Assembly (NCBI GenBank): GCA_036172245.1
Contig: JAYWIR010000043.1
Coordinates: 1-64,000 of the forward strand
Source: Raillietiella orientalis
Lineage: Eukaryota
Length of the DNA stretch: 64,000 nucleotides
Direction of reading: 5' to 3'
The position numbers were made by a program, and so were the translations under genes. The number at the start of each line of letters is the position of its first letter. Position 1 is the first letter of the stretch. The notes below the pieces were generated by a model. The model did not search any database, was not told where the DNA came from, and was given only the letters and a program-made list of their open reading frames with translations. Below, piece after piece: positions 50,012-61,747 of the stretch.

Positions 50012-51934
50012 ATGTCGACCCAACTTGAAGCTACTGAAGTTGGAGGAACAGCATCCGGATCTGCAATCGCGGAACCGACGGCCGCCTCCACTTCGTCTTT
50101 CTCGCCAATGGAGAGGAGTTTTGCTGACGTTGCTGCCACAGCAGCCGTCAAAGGGAAACCACTCGACGAGTCGGAGTTGCGGGCATACGTAGCCCAAGGC
50201 TATAGACCTGCTCTCCGATATAAGGTGAGTGGTTTTCTTTCTGCGCGCGACGGGAATCAGTTCAACGATGAACTGACGCGTGTTGGCGTGCGGGAGGAGG
50301 ACCTTCTCGCCATTATGCCCCTAAAAGACATGGGCTATTTCAAGGTGCGTTGCAAAGACGCTGCACTTGTGCAACGTTTGCTGCGCACCCCGTTGTCGAT
50401 CCGTGGCCAGAAGGTCTTCCCGGCCGCCATGGACGACTCATTTGTGGTGGAGATTTTCGACATCGAGTCGGAAATCTCCGATACTGATATTCGGAACGCG
50501 TTGGCGAAAGTCGCCACGGTCCATGCGCTGTGGAGGGTGCGTAGCAACCTCAAGGACTTCCCGTCCATACACAGCGGAGTCGCTGGAGTCCGGCTTACAA
50601 TGCCGGACCGCCGTCTGCTGCCTACCAAACTACAGGTGAATGACACGGTCGTTCACCTGTGGTTCGTGGGCAAAGTAAAAACGTGCGAGCAATGCGGGAA
50701 GGAGGGGCATTGTTTGGATAAATGCCCCTCTGGAAAATGCCGTTATTGCAAACTATCCGGGCACCAATTGAAAAATTGCCCGGATCTTTTGCGAAAAAGG
50801 GCAGCCGCGGAGCTCCATTTTAAAAAACAAAGCGCGGATAAAAAGAAAAAATCTGCGAAAAACCTGGAGACCCCACGGCAGAAATTCGGTAAAAACGCGA
50901 GGCGGAATGTCGCCCCAAAGCAGCAGGAAACCTCGCACGCGAAGCCCTGCGCACCCCCTCTCGCGGCAGGGGAGCCGCAAAAGAAAGGGTGCGGGGAATC
51001 CGGGGCAATGGTAAGTCCCCCTAGGCGCAATAGCTGTCCTTCCCAAGCACGCCCGACTCTCTCGGAGTTCGAGCAACCGGCGGGGACGTCAATGGACAAC
51101 GGCGGTAAGGACACTTCCAGTACCGTCAGATCCATTCCTTCACCTCCTGCAGTGGCTGAGAAGCCCAAATCGGGTAAGAAGGGTTGTGCCGTGTCGACTT
51201 CGAAAGTCGGCAAAAAAAAATCCGCGTCGCGATCCAACACCGCGAAAGCGGACAAAAATCTCACGCCGTCGCAGTCGGAGAGCAAGCTCTCGACTGGCGC
51301 GGATGCCATGCCAACGAAGGGATTAAAAGCCCTTCCGAAAGCAGCGTCCATGACGAGCGTGTCGGAGCCATCGAAAGGGCTCCCGTCCAAAGACGCGGAT
51401 GGCTTCAAAGATGGCCATGGAGCACAATCTCCATTTACGGCGCCACGCGAAGTGAGGAACCGTAATGAAGTAAAGAAGACTTCAGCAAAGGTCCCTCGTG
51501 CAACTGCGCGTGAGCACGCTGAAAACGCGCGCGCCAGGAAAGCAGCCGTCACCAAAAGCGATGCTCTGGTGACGGAAAACGAAAACAGGACAGCTGTCAA
51601 TCCAGCAGAACCTGTCACTGCTTCGCGGAAGGCCGAAATCCGATCGAACATGCGCCGGTCGGACTCCGAAATGGATGCCGTTCCGATCAGCGAGACGAGG
51701 ACAACTCGTTCGAAAGCGTGTGCGCGCCGATCAAAAGTAGGCAGCCAGGCAACGCTCGCCGCGAAGCAACGCGAAGTCTCCACGAAACCCGACGGGGTTC
51801 AGCCTGGCGTGGAGGCATTACATGCATGCAGCACGACAGAGGACGGTGGCGACCGTCCCCTCCAGCCAGTCGTGCTGCTCGCCGTCTGCTCGCCGGATAA
51901 AGCGAGCAAAAAGCCGCCACCGTCCCAGCAGTAA
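50012..51934 (+). CDS. ORF1 protein, family A (two CCHC knuckles, long low-complexity basic tail)
   Basis: Open from ATG 50012. CEQCGKEGHCLDKC and CRYCKLSGHQLKNC. Confidence 0.9.
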   Translation: MSTQLEATEVGGTASGSAIAEPTAASTSSFSPMERSFADVAATAAVKGKPLDESELRAYVAQGYRPALRYKVSGFLSARDGNQFNDELTRVGVREEDLLAIMPLKDMGYFKVRCKDAALVQRLLRTPLSIRGQKVFPAAMDDSFVVEIFDIESEISDTDIRNALAKVATVHALWRVRSNLKDFPSIHSGVAGVRLTMPDRRLLPTKLQVNDTVVHLWFVGKVKTCEQCGKEGHCLDKCPSGKCRYCKLSGHQLKNCPDLLRKRAAAELHFKKQSADKKKKSAKNLETPRQKFGKNARRNVAPKQQETSHAKPCAPPLAAGEPQKKGCGESGAMVSPPRRNSCPSQARPTLSEFEQPAGTSMDNGGKDTSSTVRSIPSPPAVAEKPKSGKKGCAVSTSKVGKKKSASRSNTAKADKNLTPSQSESKLSTGADAMPTKGLKALPKAASMTSVSEPSKGLPSKDADGFKDGHGAQSPFTAPREVRNRNEVKKTSAKVPRATAREHAENARARKAAVTKSDALVTENENRTAVNPAEPVTASRKAEIRSNMRRSDSEMDAVPISETRTTRSKACARRSKVGSQATLAAKQREVSTKPDGVQPGVEALHACSTTEDGGDRPLQPVVLLAVCSPDKASKKPPPSQQ

Positions 51935-54900
51935 TGCGGGGAATCGCGTCTTCTCGTCGTCTGTCCGTAACGTGTTGGAACGTGAACGGACTGCAGAACG
52001 ACGAGAAGAGGAGATTAGTAGCCAACGCCCTGCGCCCCTTCGACCTCGCGCTCCTGCAGGAGATTCACGTAATCTCCGACGAGCAGGCAGCCGAAATCGA
52101 GGAGCGCGCAGGCGGAACGCTACATTGGCGGTGCGGCGGCGCACACACGTGCGGCGTCGCGTTCCTCGTAAGAGGAAAAATGGCGGACGCGGTGCGTAGT
52201 GTTCGTTTCGATGACAACGGACGGATAGGCCAGCTTGTCATCAAGTGGTCCGAGTCCATCGATCTCGTCGTTACGAACGTCTACGCGCCGAGTGGCTCTC
52301 GCTACCTCGAAGAAAGAGTAGCTTTCTTTGGTGAGGTGCAGAGCCAGTGGCTCAACAACTCCGGTTTCCAAGTGGCGCACCTCGTCGCTGGGGACTTCAA
52401 CGTCCGCCTGCTCTCCGACGATTGGAGCCGCCCGAGGGAGCGCGCGCTTCCCATCGAGATGTGCGCGTCCGTGCACGCCGCCAACTTGATGGTCAGCGAA
52501 CCTGGAATGGAAAGATCGCTCGATCACGTTTTCCTCGATGAAAACCTGCATTCGCGTGTGGGCAGGAGAGGAAGATTGTTGACTAGGCTTTCTGACCACC
52601 ACAGGTTGGAGTTTGAGATCCTTCCGCCAGGCAGGGGGCTCCGTTGCAAAACTGGAGGATGCAGGCGGATTGGCTTAGCCAACCGGAGGCTGCGGAGCAT
52701 CTACGTGGATACCTCCGAGGCTTTGCCATTCAAGAACTTGCGGACTGGGACGATCTCAAAAGATCTGTCCGCTAGTTCTGCTGCCAATTCCCCTTGCACC
52801 GGCTTCCACGCGGTTTCGGAGAGAGCGTGGCCAACAGTAGAGACTTTCTGCAGGCCCGCACGTTTTCGAGACGCGCGGATGTCGGGCGTCTCTCAGAGTA
52901 CAAGGCGAGGGCCGAGCGCCAGGTCTGGCAGTCCGGAGCAGCATGCCTGTTGGACGACAAGGGCCAGGAATGTTCGGCCCCAGCCGAAGTACGCCGCATT
53001 GTGAGACGCTACTACTCCTCGCTCTACGCGGAATGCCCGACGGAGGATATTCTTTCTGAGATACTCCTGTCTCAGGATGCTCGTGTTGTCGGCGAGGAGG
53101 AACGCGAACGTCTCGACGAGCCCTTCACGGCGGATGAATTTTCGTCCGCCATCGCTGGGCTGAAGAGACGAAAGGCGCCAGGCGAGGATGGGCTCCCTGC
53201 AGAGTTTTATCAGTGCTTTGCAGTGGAGCTCATTCCTTTGATGCTGAAACTCGCGACGCTGATGAGTGAATCCGGAAATGTCCCTGATTCCTTCCGCTCA
53301 GCGAAGGTGCGTCTCCTGCCGAAAGGCGGAGACTTGCGCCAACTTAACAACTGGCGTCCGATCACCTTGGTGAACTCGGACGTCCAGTTGTTTTCCAAGC
53401 TGTGGGTCGCGCGGTTAGGAAGAATCGCGGAATCTGTGGTGAGCCCGGAACAAACCTACGCGGTTCCGGGACGATCCATGGAGGCGAACATCCTTTTCGC
53501 GCGTACATGGATGCAGCTGCGGGAAGTTGTGGCGCAGCAAAGCCAGGCTGCTGCGAAAGTCACTGCCGCAGGCAAAAAGAACAGGCGCCGACGGCAGGAG
53601 GGAACGCCAGGTGCCTTGGCGGTCGCGGTCGATCTCCACAAGGCGTTCGACTGCGTAAACCAGAAGCTGCTTTTGGAGCTTATGGAACGCCTTGGGTTCC
53701 CGGCGCAACTCCTGCTGTATTTGCGCGCGAGCTGGCGCCACGCGCTAACCTGCATCACTTTTAGCGGCTGCCGCGTGTATGGTATTCCCGTTCGTAGGGG
53801 CATCCGACAGGGCGACAGCTTAAGCCCGTTGCTCTTCAGCATCTTCTTTGAGTTGGTTCTAAGAGCATACAGGCTGACGCTGTCTCACTTGCCAAGCTCC
53901 TGCCCGGGAACGCCTGCCGTGGCCGCCTACGCTGATGACCTGCTTCTTCTGCTCCCCATGTCCACCCCGACGTCCAGTGTCGAGGATTTCTTCGACCTGA
54001 TTCGTCGGGGAGCGGGCGTGAGCGTGAACAGAGAGAAGAGCGTGGTCGTTCCTGTGGGTACGTCGTGGGAGGGGCAGTCCGACTGGATCCGCCTGGGGAT
54101 CCCCACGGGCGGGTACTTTAAGTACCTTGGCGTTCCGTTGGGCGCTTTCGGCGCAGCCGAAGCGTGGGCGGACTGTCTTCAGAAAGCAGAGTTGGCCATC
54201 AGCCCGTTCTTGAACGGCAAGTTTACCTTGCAGGAACGGGCGACTATTTGGAACACCTTTGTGGCCCCCCTCCTCCGTCCCCTGTTTTTTGTTTTGGACC
54301 CCCCCTATGCGGCAAAACAGCGGGCTAAGCGCCTGCTCAGGAACGCTCTCTGGGGTCCGGCGAGATCCAGGATCCGCCTTAAAGATTTGTCAGCTCCGCG
54401 TCGGGATGCGGGTTTGGGTATCCTGACAATGGAGCGAATCGGACTGCAGGTGCAGTTCCGACTGCTGGCACTGTGTGCCCAGCTATGGACATCCCCCCTG
54501 TGTGTGCCAGCTCGCATTCTCCTGCGGAGATGCGCCGTTAGCGGAGGATTTCTCTCGCTTTTGCCGGGCACTCAATACAGGAAGCGGGGTTTCGGGTTTC
54601 CATTGCGGCAGTTGACCGCACTTCTGGAAGCACACTCTTGGATCTCCTGCCGCCCAATGAACTTTGAAGCTTGGCGGCAGGAGTCTGTTGAATCCTGGGC
54701 GGCGTTGCAAGGAATACGTCCTGAAGATCTTCGCCCCCTGCGCCAATTTTTTCCACGATCCTTGGAAGAAGTACTGCAGGACGAGGTGAAGTTTTCTACC
54801 CTGGCTGCCACGCCTCTTGCCGCAGCGCTGTCTGCCCTCAGGGCAAGAAACGACAGTTACCAACCGGCGAGGTGGGAGGTTTCCTGCACGATAGCGGGAA

Positions 54901-55526
54901 GAACCAAACTCCTTGGCACCTGGAAGACAAGTGAGTTGGCGGACGCCGCCACTCCTCGGGTTACTGCAAAGGGACTCCTCCGGTGGGCAGAAGAACTTGC
55001 TGTCACCCCCGAAGAACTTGTAGTCCCTCCACAGTGTAAGGACAGTTCGCTGCTCCCCCTTTCTGGGGAACAAGCCGTGCTGCTTTTCGTTCACTGGGGT
55101 TTTCAGTGCAACGAGCGTTGGCATCGTGACTCCGGGGGACTTGCGTCTGCGAACTGCGTTCGGTGCGGATCGACGGAGTCGATTCCGCACCTACTTCTGG
55201 ACTGCGGTGTCCTACAAGGACTGTGGCGTAGGCTGGCAACAGCACTATTGCATCCCGTTGACACCGCAAGAGACTTGCTGCGACGATTCTTCACGCCGAG
55301 CGGGCTTTCAGTAAGCGCAAGGATTGCAACCATCGGTTGCATCCGCGCGATAGTTTCCGTCCGCCAGGCGTTGGTAATCAACGGACAGTACCAAGAGGTA
55401 ATCAGCAAAGCATCCTTCTACATGGGAGCATCCGCTAGATGGCCTCATTTGACAGAGGAGACAAAGAGGAATCTCGCCGCAATACACCGCCGGTTTACAC
55501 CCCCTCATCAGCGGCCAACCCGGTGA
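51934..55526 (+). pseudogene. ORF2 (APE endonuclease, RT, CCHC) with a 1-bp deletion near 52639 and TAG at 52773-52775
   Basis: WNVNG, LQE, GDFN, SDH, KAPGEDG, KAFD, QGD, YADD (53928-53939) and CVRCGSTESIPHLLLDC. Lesions identified by comparison with copy 2. Confidence 0.92.
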
Positions 55527-55809
55527 TCATTGCCCTACCCTCCATAAACTAAATTTGTATTTTCTTTTTACACCCGCGTCCCCATAGGCTCCGGAACATT
55601 TGAGGTGCTCATCGTTTAAATCCCCGTGAGTACGGAGCCTAACCAAAAACCCTTTTCCCTTCCCTCCAGTTTTTGATTTTTGTTTGTTTCCCCTCATTCC
55701 CCCCACGCTGCGAGCGGTTTGTTTACCAGGCCGGCGTGGCGGTAATTTTTCTATGTTCTCTGTCGTTCTGTTGGTTGGGGACATTGTCCCTGACCAGTTT
55801 ATTATTATT

Positions 55810-55839
55810 AATAAACGCCCCGGCGTGACCGGGTGATAA
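55810..55839 (+). terminator. Element 3'-terminal signal: AATAAA plus CCCGG-N5-CCGGG hairpin plus TGATAA
   Basis: A related motif occurs at about ten other element ends in the window. Confidence 0.6.
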
Positions 55840-55926
55840 ATTTCAATCGAGTGCGGACGTGTTTTTCTTCGCTCTCGTCTCCGTGCTTTCATCCGCTTCA
55901 TCTTGGCGTCGTACATTTTGACGACG

Positions 55927-57846
55927 ATGTCGACCCAACTTGAAGCTACTGAAGTTGGAGGAACAGCATCCGGATCTGCAATCGCGGAACCGACGGCCGC
56001 CTCCACTTCGTCTTTCTCGCCAATGGAGAGATTTGCTGACGTTGCTGCCACAGCAGCCGTCAAACGAAAACCACCCGACAAGTCGGAGTTGCGGGCATAC
56101 GTAGCCCAAGGCTATAGACCTGCTCTCCGAAATAAGGTCAGTGGTTTTCTTTCTGCGCGCGACGGGAATCAGTTCAACGATGAACTGACCCGTGTTGGCG
56201 TGCGGGAGGAGGACCTTCTCGCCATTATGCCCGTAAAAGACATGGGCTATTTCAAGGTGCGTTGCAAAGACGCTGCACTTGTGCAACGCTTGCGGCGCAC
56301 CCCGTTGTCGATCCGTGGCCAGAAGGTCTTCCCGGCCGCCATGGACGACTCATTTGTGGTGGAGATTTTCGACATCGAGTCGGAAATCTCCGATACTGAT
56401 ATTCGGAACGCGTTGGCGAAATTCGCCACGGTCCATGCGCGGTGGAGGGTGCGTAGCAACCTCAAGGACTTCCCGTCCATACACAGCGGAGTCGCTGGAG
56501 TCCGGCTTACAATGCCGGACCGCCGTCTGCTGCCCACCAAACTACAGGTGAATGACACGGTCGTTCACCTGTGGTTCGTGGGCAAAGTAAAAACGTGCGA
56601 GCAATGCGGGAAGGAGGGGCATTGTTTGGATAAATGCCCTTCTGGAAAATGCTGTTATTGCAAACTATCCGGGCACCAGTTGAAAAATTGCCCGGATCTT
56701 TTGCGAAAAAAGGCAGCCGTGGAGCTCCATTTTAAAAAACAAAACGCGGATAAAAAAAAAAAATCTGCGAAAAACCTGGAGACCCCACGGCAGAAATTCG
56801 GTAACAACGCGAGGCGGAATGTCGCCCCAAAGCAGCAGGACACCTCGCACGCGAAGCCCTGCGCACCCCCTCTCCCGGCAGGGGAGCCGCAAAAGAAAGG
56901 GTGCGGGGAATCCGGGGCAATGGTAAGTCCCCCTAGGCGCAATAGCTGTCCTTCCCAAGCACGCCGGGCTCTCTCGGAGTTCGAGCAACCGGCGTGGACG
57001 CCAATGGACAACGGCGGTAAGGACACTTCCAGTACCGTCAGATCCATTCCTTCACCTCCTGCAGTGGCTGAGAAGCCCAAATCGGGTAAGAAGTGTTGTG
57101 CCGTTTCGACTTCGAAAGTCGGCAAAAAAAAATCCGCGTCGCGATCCAACACCGCGGAAGCGGAGAAAAATCTCACGCCGTCGCAGTCGGAGAGCAAGCT
57201 CTCGACTGGCGCGGATGCCATGCCAACGAAGGGATTAAAATCCCTTCCGAAGGCAGCGTCCATGACGAGCGTGTCGAAGCCATCCAAAGTGCTCCCGTCC
57301 AAAGACGCGGATGGCTTCAAAGATGGCAATGGAGCACAATCTCCATTTACGGCGCCACGCGAAGTGAGGAACCGTAATGAAGTAAAGAAGACTTCAGCAA
57401 AGGTCCCTCGTGCAACTGCGCGTGAGCACGTTGAAAACGCGCGCGCCGGGAAAGCAGCCGTCACCAAAAGCGATGCTCAGGTGACGGAAAACGAAAACAG
57501 GACAGCTGTCAATCCAGCAGAACCTGTCACTGCTTCGCGGAAGGCCGAAACCCGATCGAACATGCGCCGGTCGGACTCCGAAATGGATGCCGTTCCGATC
57601 ACCGAGACGAGGACAACTCGTTCGAAAGCGTGTGCGCGCCGATCAAAAGTAGGCAGCCAGGCAACGCTCGCCCCGAAGCAACGCGAAGTCTCCACGAAAC
57701 CCGACGGGGTTCAGCCTGGCGTGGAGGCATTACTTGCATGCAGCACGACAGAGGAGGGTGGCGACCGTCCCCTCCAGCCAGTCGTGCTGCTCGCCGTCTG
57801 CTCGCCGGATAAAGCGAGCAAAAAGCCGCCACCTTCCCAGCAGTAA
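55927..57846 (+). CDS. ORF1 protein, family A copy 2
   Basis: Open frame, near-identical to copy 1. Confidence 0.9.
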   Translation: MSTQLEATEVGGTASGSAIAEPTAASTSSFSPMERFADVAATAAVKRKPPDKSELRAYVAQGYRPALRNKVSGFLSARDGNQFNDELTRVGVREEDLLAIMPVKDMGYFKVRCKDAALVQRLRRTPLSIRGQKVFPAAMDDSFVVEIFDIESEISDTDIRNALAKFATVHARWRVRSNLKDFPSIHSGVAGVRLTMPDRRLLPTKLQVNDTVVHLWFVGKVKTCEQCGKEGHCLDKCPSGKCCYCKLSGHQLKNCPDLLRKKAAVELHFKKQNADKKKKSAKNLETPRQKFGNNARRNVAPKQQDTSHAKPCAPPLPAGEPQKKGCGESGAMVSPPRRNSCPSQARRALSEFEQPAWTPMDNGGKDTSSTVRSIPSPPAVAEKPKSGKKCCAVSTSKVGKKKSASRSNTAEAEKNLTPSQSESKLSTGADAMPTKGLKSLPKAASMTSVSKPSKVLPSKDADGFKDGNGAQSPFTAPREVRNRNEVKKTSAKVPRATAREHVENARAGKAAVTKSDAQVTENENRTAVNPAEPVTASRKAETRSNMRRSDSEMDAVPITETRTTRSKACARRSKVGSQATLAPKQREVSTKPDGVQPGVEALLACSTTEEGGDRPLQPVVLLAVCSPDKASKKPPPSQQ

Positions 57847-60800
57847 TGCGGGGAATCGCGTCTTCTCGTCGTCTGTCGGTAACGTGTTGGAACGTGAACG
57901 GACTGCAGAACGACGAGAAGAGGCGATTAGTAGCCAACGCCCTGCGCCCCTTCGACATCGCGCTGCTGCAGGAGATTCACGTAATCTCCGACGAGCAGGC
58001 AGCCGAAATCGAAGAGCGCGCAGGCGGAACGCTACATTGGCGGTGCGGCGGAGCACACACGTGCGGCGTCGCGTTCCTCGTAAGAGGAAAAATGGCGGAA
58101 GCGGTGCGTAGTGTTCGTTTCGATGACGACGGACGGATAGGCCAGCTTGTCATCAAGTGGTCCGAGTCCATCGATCTCGTCGTTACGAACGTCTACGCGC
58201 CGAGTGGCTCTCGCTACCTCGAAGAAAGAGTAGCTTTCTTTGGTGAGGAGCAGCGCCAGTGGCTCAACAACTCCGGCTTCCAAGTGGCGCATCTCGTCGC
58301 TGGGGACTTCAACGTCCGCCTGCTCTCCGACGATTGGAGCCGCCCGAGGGAGCGCGCGCTGCCCATCGAGATGTGCGCGTCCGTGCACGCCGCCAGCTTG
58401 ATGGTCAGCGAACCTGGAATGGAAAGATCGCTCGATCACGTTTTCCTCGATGAAAACCTGCATTCGCGTGTGGGTAGGAGAGGAAGATTGTTGACTGAGC
58501 TTTCTGACCACCACAGGTTGGAGTTTGAGATCCTTCCGCCAGGCAGGGGGCCTCCGTTGCAAAGCTGGAGGATGCAGGCGGATTGGCTTAGCCAACCGAA
58601 GGCTGCGGAGCATCTACGTGGATACCTCCGGGGCTTTGCCATTCAAGAACTTGTGGACTGGGACGATCTCAAAAGATCTGTCCGCGAGTTCTGTTGCCAA
58701 TTCCCCTTGCACCGGCTTACACGCGGTTTCGGAGAGGGCGTGGCCAACAGTAGAGACTTTCTGCAGGCCCGCACGTTTTCGAGACGCGCGGATGTCGGGC
58801 GCCTCGCAGAGTACAAGGCGAGGGCCGAGCGACAGGTCTGTCAGTCCGGAGCAGCATGCCTGTTGGACGACAAGGGCCAGGAATGTTCGGCCCCAGCCGA
58901 AGTACGCCGCTTTGTGAGACGCTACTACTCCTCGCTCTACGCGGAATCCCCGACGGAGGATATTCTTTCTGAGATACTCCTATCTCAGCATGCTCGTGTT
59001 GTCGGTGAGGAGGAACGCGAACGTCTCGACGAGTTCTTAACGGCGGATGAATTTTCGTCCGCCATCGCTGGGTTGAAGAGACGAAAGGCGCCAGGCAAGC
59101 ATGGGCTCCCTGCAGAGTTCTATGGGTGCTTTGCAGTGGAGCTCATTCCCTTGATGCTGAAACTCGCGACGCTGATGAGTGAATCCGGGAATGTCCCGGA
59201 TTCCTTCCGCTCAGCGAAGGTGCGTCTCCTGCCGAAAGGCGGAGACTTGCGCCAACTTAACTGCTGGCGTACCATCACCTTGGTGAACTCGGACGTCAAG
59301 TAGTTTTCCAAGCTGTGGGTCGCGCGGTTAGGAAGAATCGCGGAATCTTTGGTGAGCCCGGAACAAACCTACGCGGTTGCGGGACGATCCATGGAGGCGA
59401 ACATCCTTTTCGCGCGTACATGGATGCAGCTGCAGGAAGTTGTGGCGCAGCAAAGCCAGGCTGCTGCGAAAGTCACTGCCGCAGGCAAAAAGAACAGGCG
59501 CCGACGGCAGGAGGGAACGCCAGGTGCCTTGGCGGTCGCGGTCGATCTCAACAAGGCGTTCGACTGCGTAAACCAGAAGCTGCTTTTGGAGCTTATGGAA
59601 CGCTTTGGGTTCCCGGCGCAACTCCTGCTGTATTTGCGCGCGTGCTGGCGCCACGCGCTAACCTGCATCACTCTTAGCGGCTGCCGCGTGTATGGTATTC
59701 CCGTTCGTAGGGGCATCCGACAGGGCGACAGCTTAAGCCCGTTGCTCTTCAGCATCTTCTTTGAGTTGGTGCTAAGAGCATACAGGCTGACGCTGTCTCA
59801 CTTGCCAAGCTCCTGCCCGGGAACGCCTGCCGTGGCCGCCTACGCTCATGACCTGCTTCTTCTGCACCCCATGTCCACCCCGGCGTCCAGTGTCGAGGAT
59901 TTCTTCGACCTGATTCGTCGGGGAGCGGGCGTGAGCGTGAACAGAGAGAAGAGCGTGGTCGTTCCTGTGGGTACGTCGTGGGAGGGGCAGTCTACCTGGA
60001 TCCGCCTGGGGATCCCCACGGGCGGGTACTTTGAGTACCTTGGCGTTCCGTTGAGCGCTTTCGTGCAAGCCAACGTGGACAGCTGTCTTCAAGCAGAGTT
60101 GGCCTGGCCGTTCATTAACAACAAGTTTACCTTGAAGGAACGGGCCATTATTTGGGCCTTTGTGGCCCCCCTCCTCCGTCCCCTGTTTTTTGTTTTCGAC
60201 CTTCCCTATGCGGCAAAACAGCGGGCTAAACGCCTGCTCAGGAACGCTCTCTGGGGTCCGGCGAGATCCAGGATCCGCCTTAAAGATTTGTTAGCTCCTC
60301 GTCGGGATGCTGGTTTGGGTATCCAGACAATGGAGCGAATCGGACTGCAGGTGCAGTTCCGACTGCTGGCACTGTGTGCCCAGCTATGGACATCCCCCCT
60401 GTGTGTGCCAGCTCGCATTCTCCTGCGGAGATGCGCCGGCAGTGGTAGATTTCTCTCGCTTTTGCCGGGCACTCAATACAGGAAGCGGGGTTTCGGGTTT
60501 CCATTGCGGCAGTTGACCGCACTTCTGGAAGCACACTCTTGGATCTCCTGCCGCCCAATGAACTTTGAAACTTGGCGGCAGGAGTCTGTTGAATCCTGGG
60601 CGACGTTCCAAGGAATACGCCCTGAAGATCTTCGCCCCCTGCGCCAATTTTTTCCACGATCCTTGGGAGAAGGACTGCAGGACGAGGTGAAGTTTTCTAC
60701 CCTGGCTGCCACGCCTCTTGCCGCAGCGCTGTCTGCCCTTAGGGCGAGAAACGACAGTTACCAACCGGCGAGGTGGGAGGTTTCCTGCACGATAGCGGGA

Positions 60801-61427
60801 AGAACCAAACTCCTTGGCGCCTGGAAGACGAGTGAGTTGGCGGACGCCGCCACTCCTCGTGTTAATGCAAAGGGACTCCTCCGGTGGGCAGAAGAACTTG
60901 GTGTCACCCCCGAAGAACTTGTAGTCTCTCCACAGTGTATGGACAGTTCGTTGCTCCCCCTTCCTTGGAAACAAGCCGTGCTGCTTTTCGTTCACTGGGG
61001 TTTTCAGTGCAACGAGCGTTGGCATCGTGACTCCGGGGAACTTGCGTCTGCGAACTGCGTTCGGTGCGGATCGACGGAGTCGATTCCGCACCTACTTCTG
61101 GAGTGCGGTGTCCTACAAGGACTGTGGCGTAGGCTGGCAACAGCACTATTGCATCCCGTGGACACCGCAAGAGACTTGCTGCGACGATTCTTCACGCCGA
61201 GCGGGCTTTCACTAAGCGCAAGGATTGCAACCATCGGTTGCATACGCGCGATAGTTTCCGTCCGCCAGGCGTTGGTAATCAACGGACAGCACCAAGAGGT
61301 AATTAGCAAAGCATCCTTCTTCATGGGAGCAACCGCTAGATGGCCTCATTTGACAGAGGAGACAAAGAGGAATCTCGCCGCAATACACCGCCGGTTTACA
61401 CACCCTCATCAGCGGCCAACCCGGTGA
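57846..61427 (+). pseudogene. ORF2 copy 2 with TAG at 59301-59303 and YADD changed to YAHD
   Basis: tac gct cat gac at 59841-59852. Several small deletions at about 60060-60160. Confidence 0.9.
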
Positions 61428-61747
61428 TCACTGCCCTACCCTCCATGAACTAAATTTGTATTTTTTTTTTACACCCGCGTCTTCATAGGCTCCGGAACAT
61501 TTTAGGTGCTCATCGTATAAATCCCCGTGAGTACGGAGCCTAACCAAAAACCCGTTACCCTTCCCTCCAGTTTTTGATTTTTGTTTGTTTCCCCTCATTT
61601 CCCCCACGCTGCGAGCGGTTTGTTTACCAGGCCTGCGTGCCGGTAATTTTTCTATGTTCTCTGTCGTTCTCTTGGTTGGGGACATTGTCCCTGACCAGTT
61701 TATTATTATTAAAAAACGCCCCGGCGTGACCGGGTGATAAATTTCAA

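Larger units (their letters stand above)
49932..55839 (+). mobile_element. Full-length family A element, array copy 1 (about 5.9 kb)
   Basis: 5' UTR, ORF1, ORF2 and 3' UTR with terminal hairpin. ATTTCAA on both sides. Confidence 0.95.
55847..61740 (+). mobile_element. Full-length family A element, array copy 2
   Basis: Starts 5915 bp after copy 1 and has the same termini. Confidence 0.95.

Noticed and set aside
50743..51783. Long antisense ORFs over ORF1 (also 56655-57467, 62854-63726, 48200-49409, 46102-47177)
   Set aside because: These look like shadow frames of GC-rich low-complexity coding DNA. Their lengths differ between copies and they carry no recognisable domain.
55810..55865. HeT-A-like model in which the upstream copy's 3' end supplies the initiator
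   Set aside because: There is no initiator-like sequence at the expected distance upstream of GGACGTG, so it cannot be supported without transcript data.
60055..60160. Clusters of small indels here and at 61765-61925 as biological editing
   Set aside because: They could equally be consensus errors and cannot be judged without reads.
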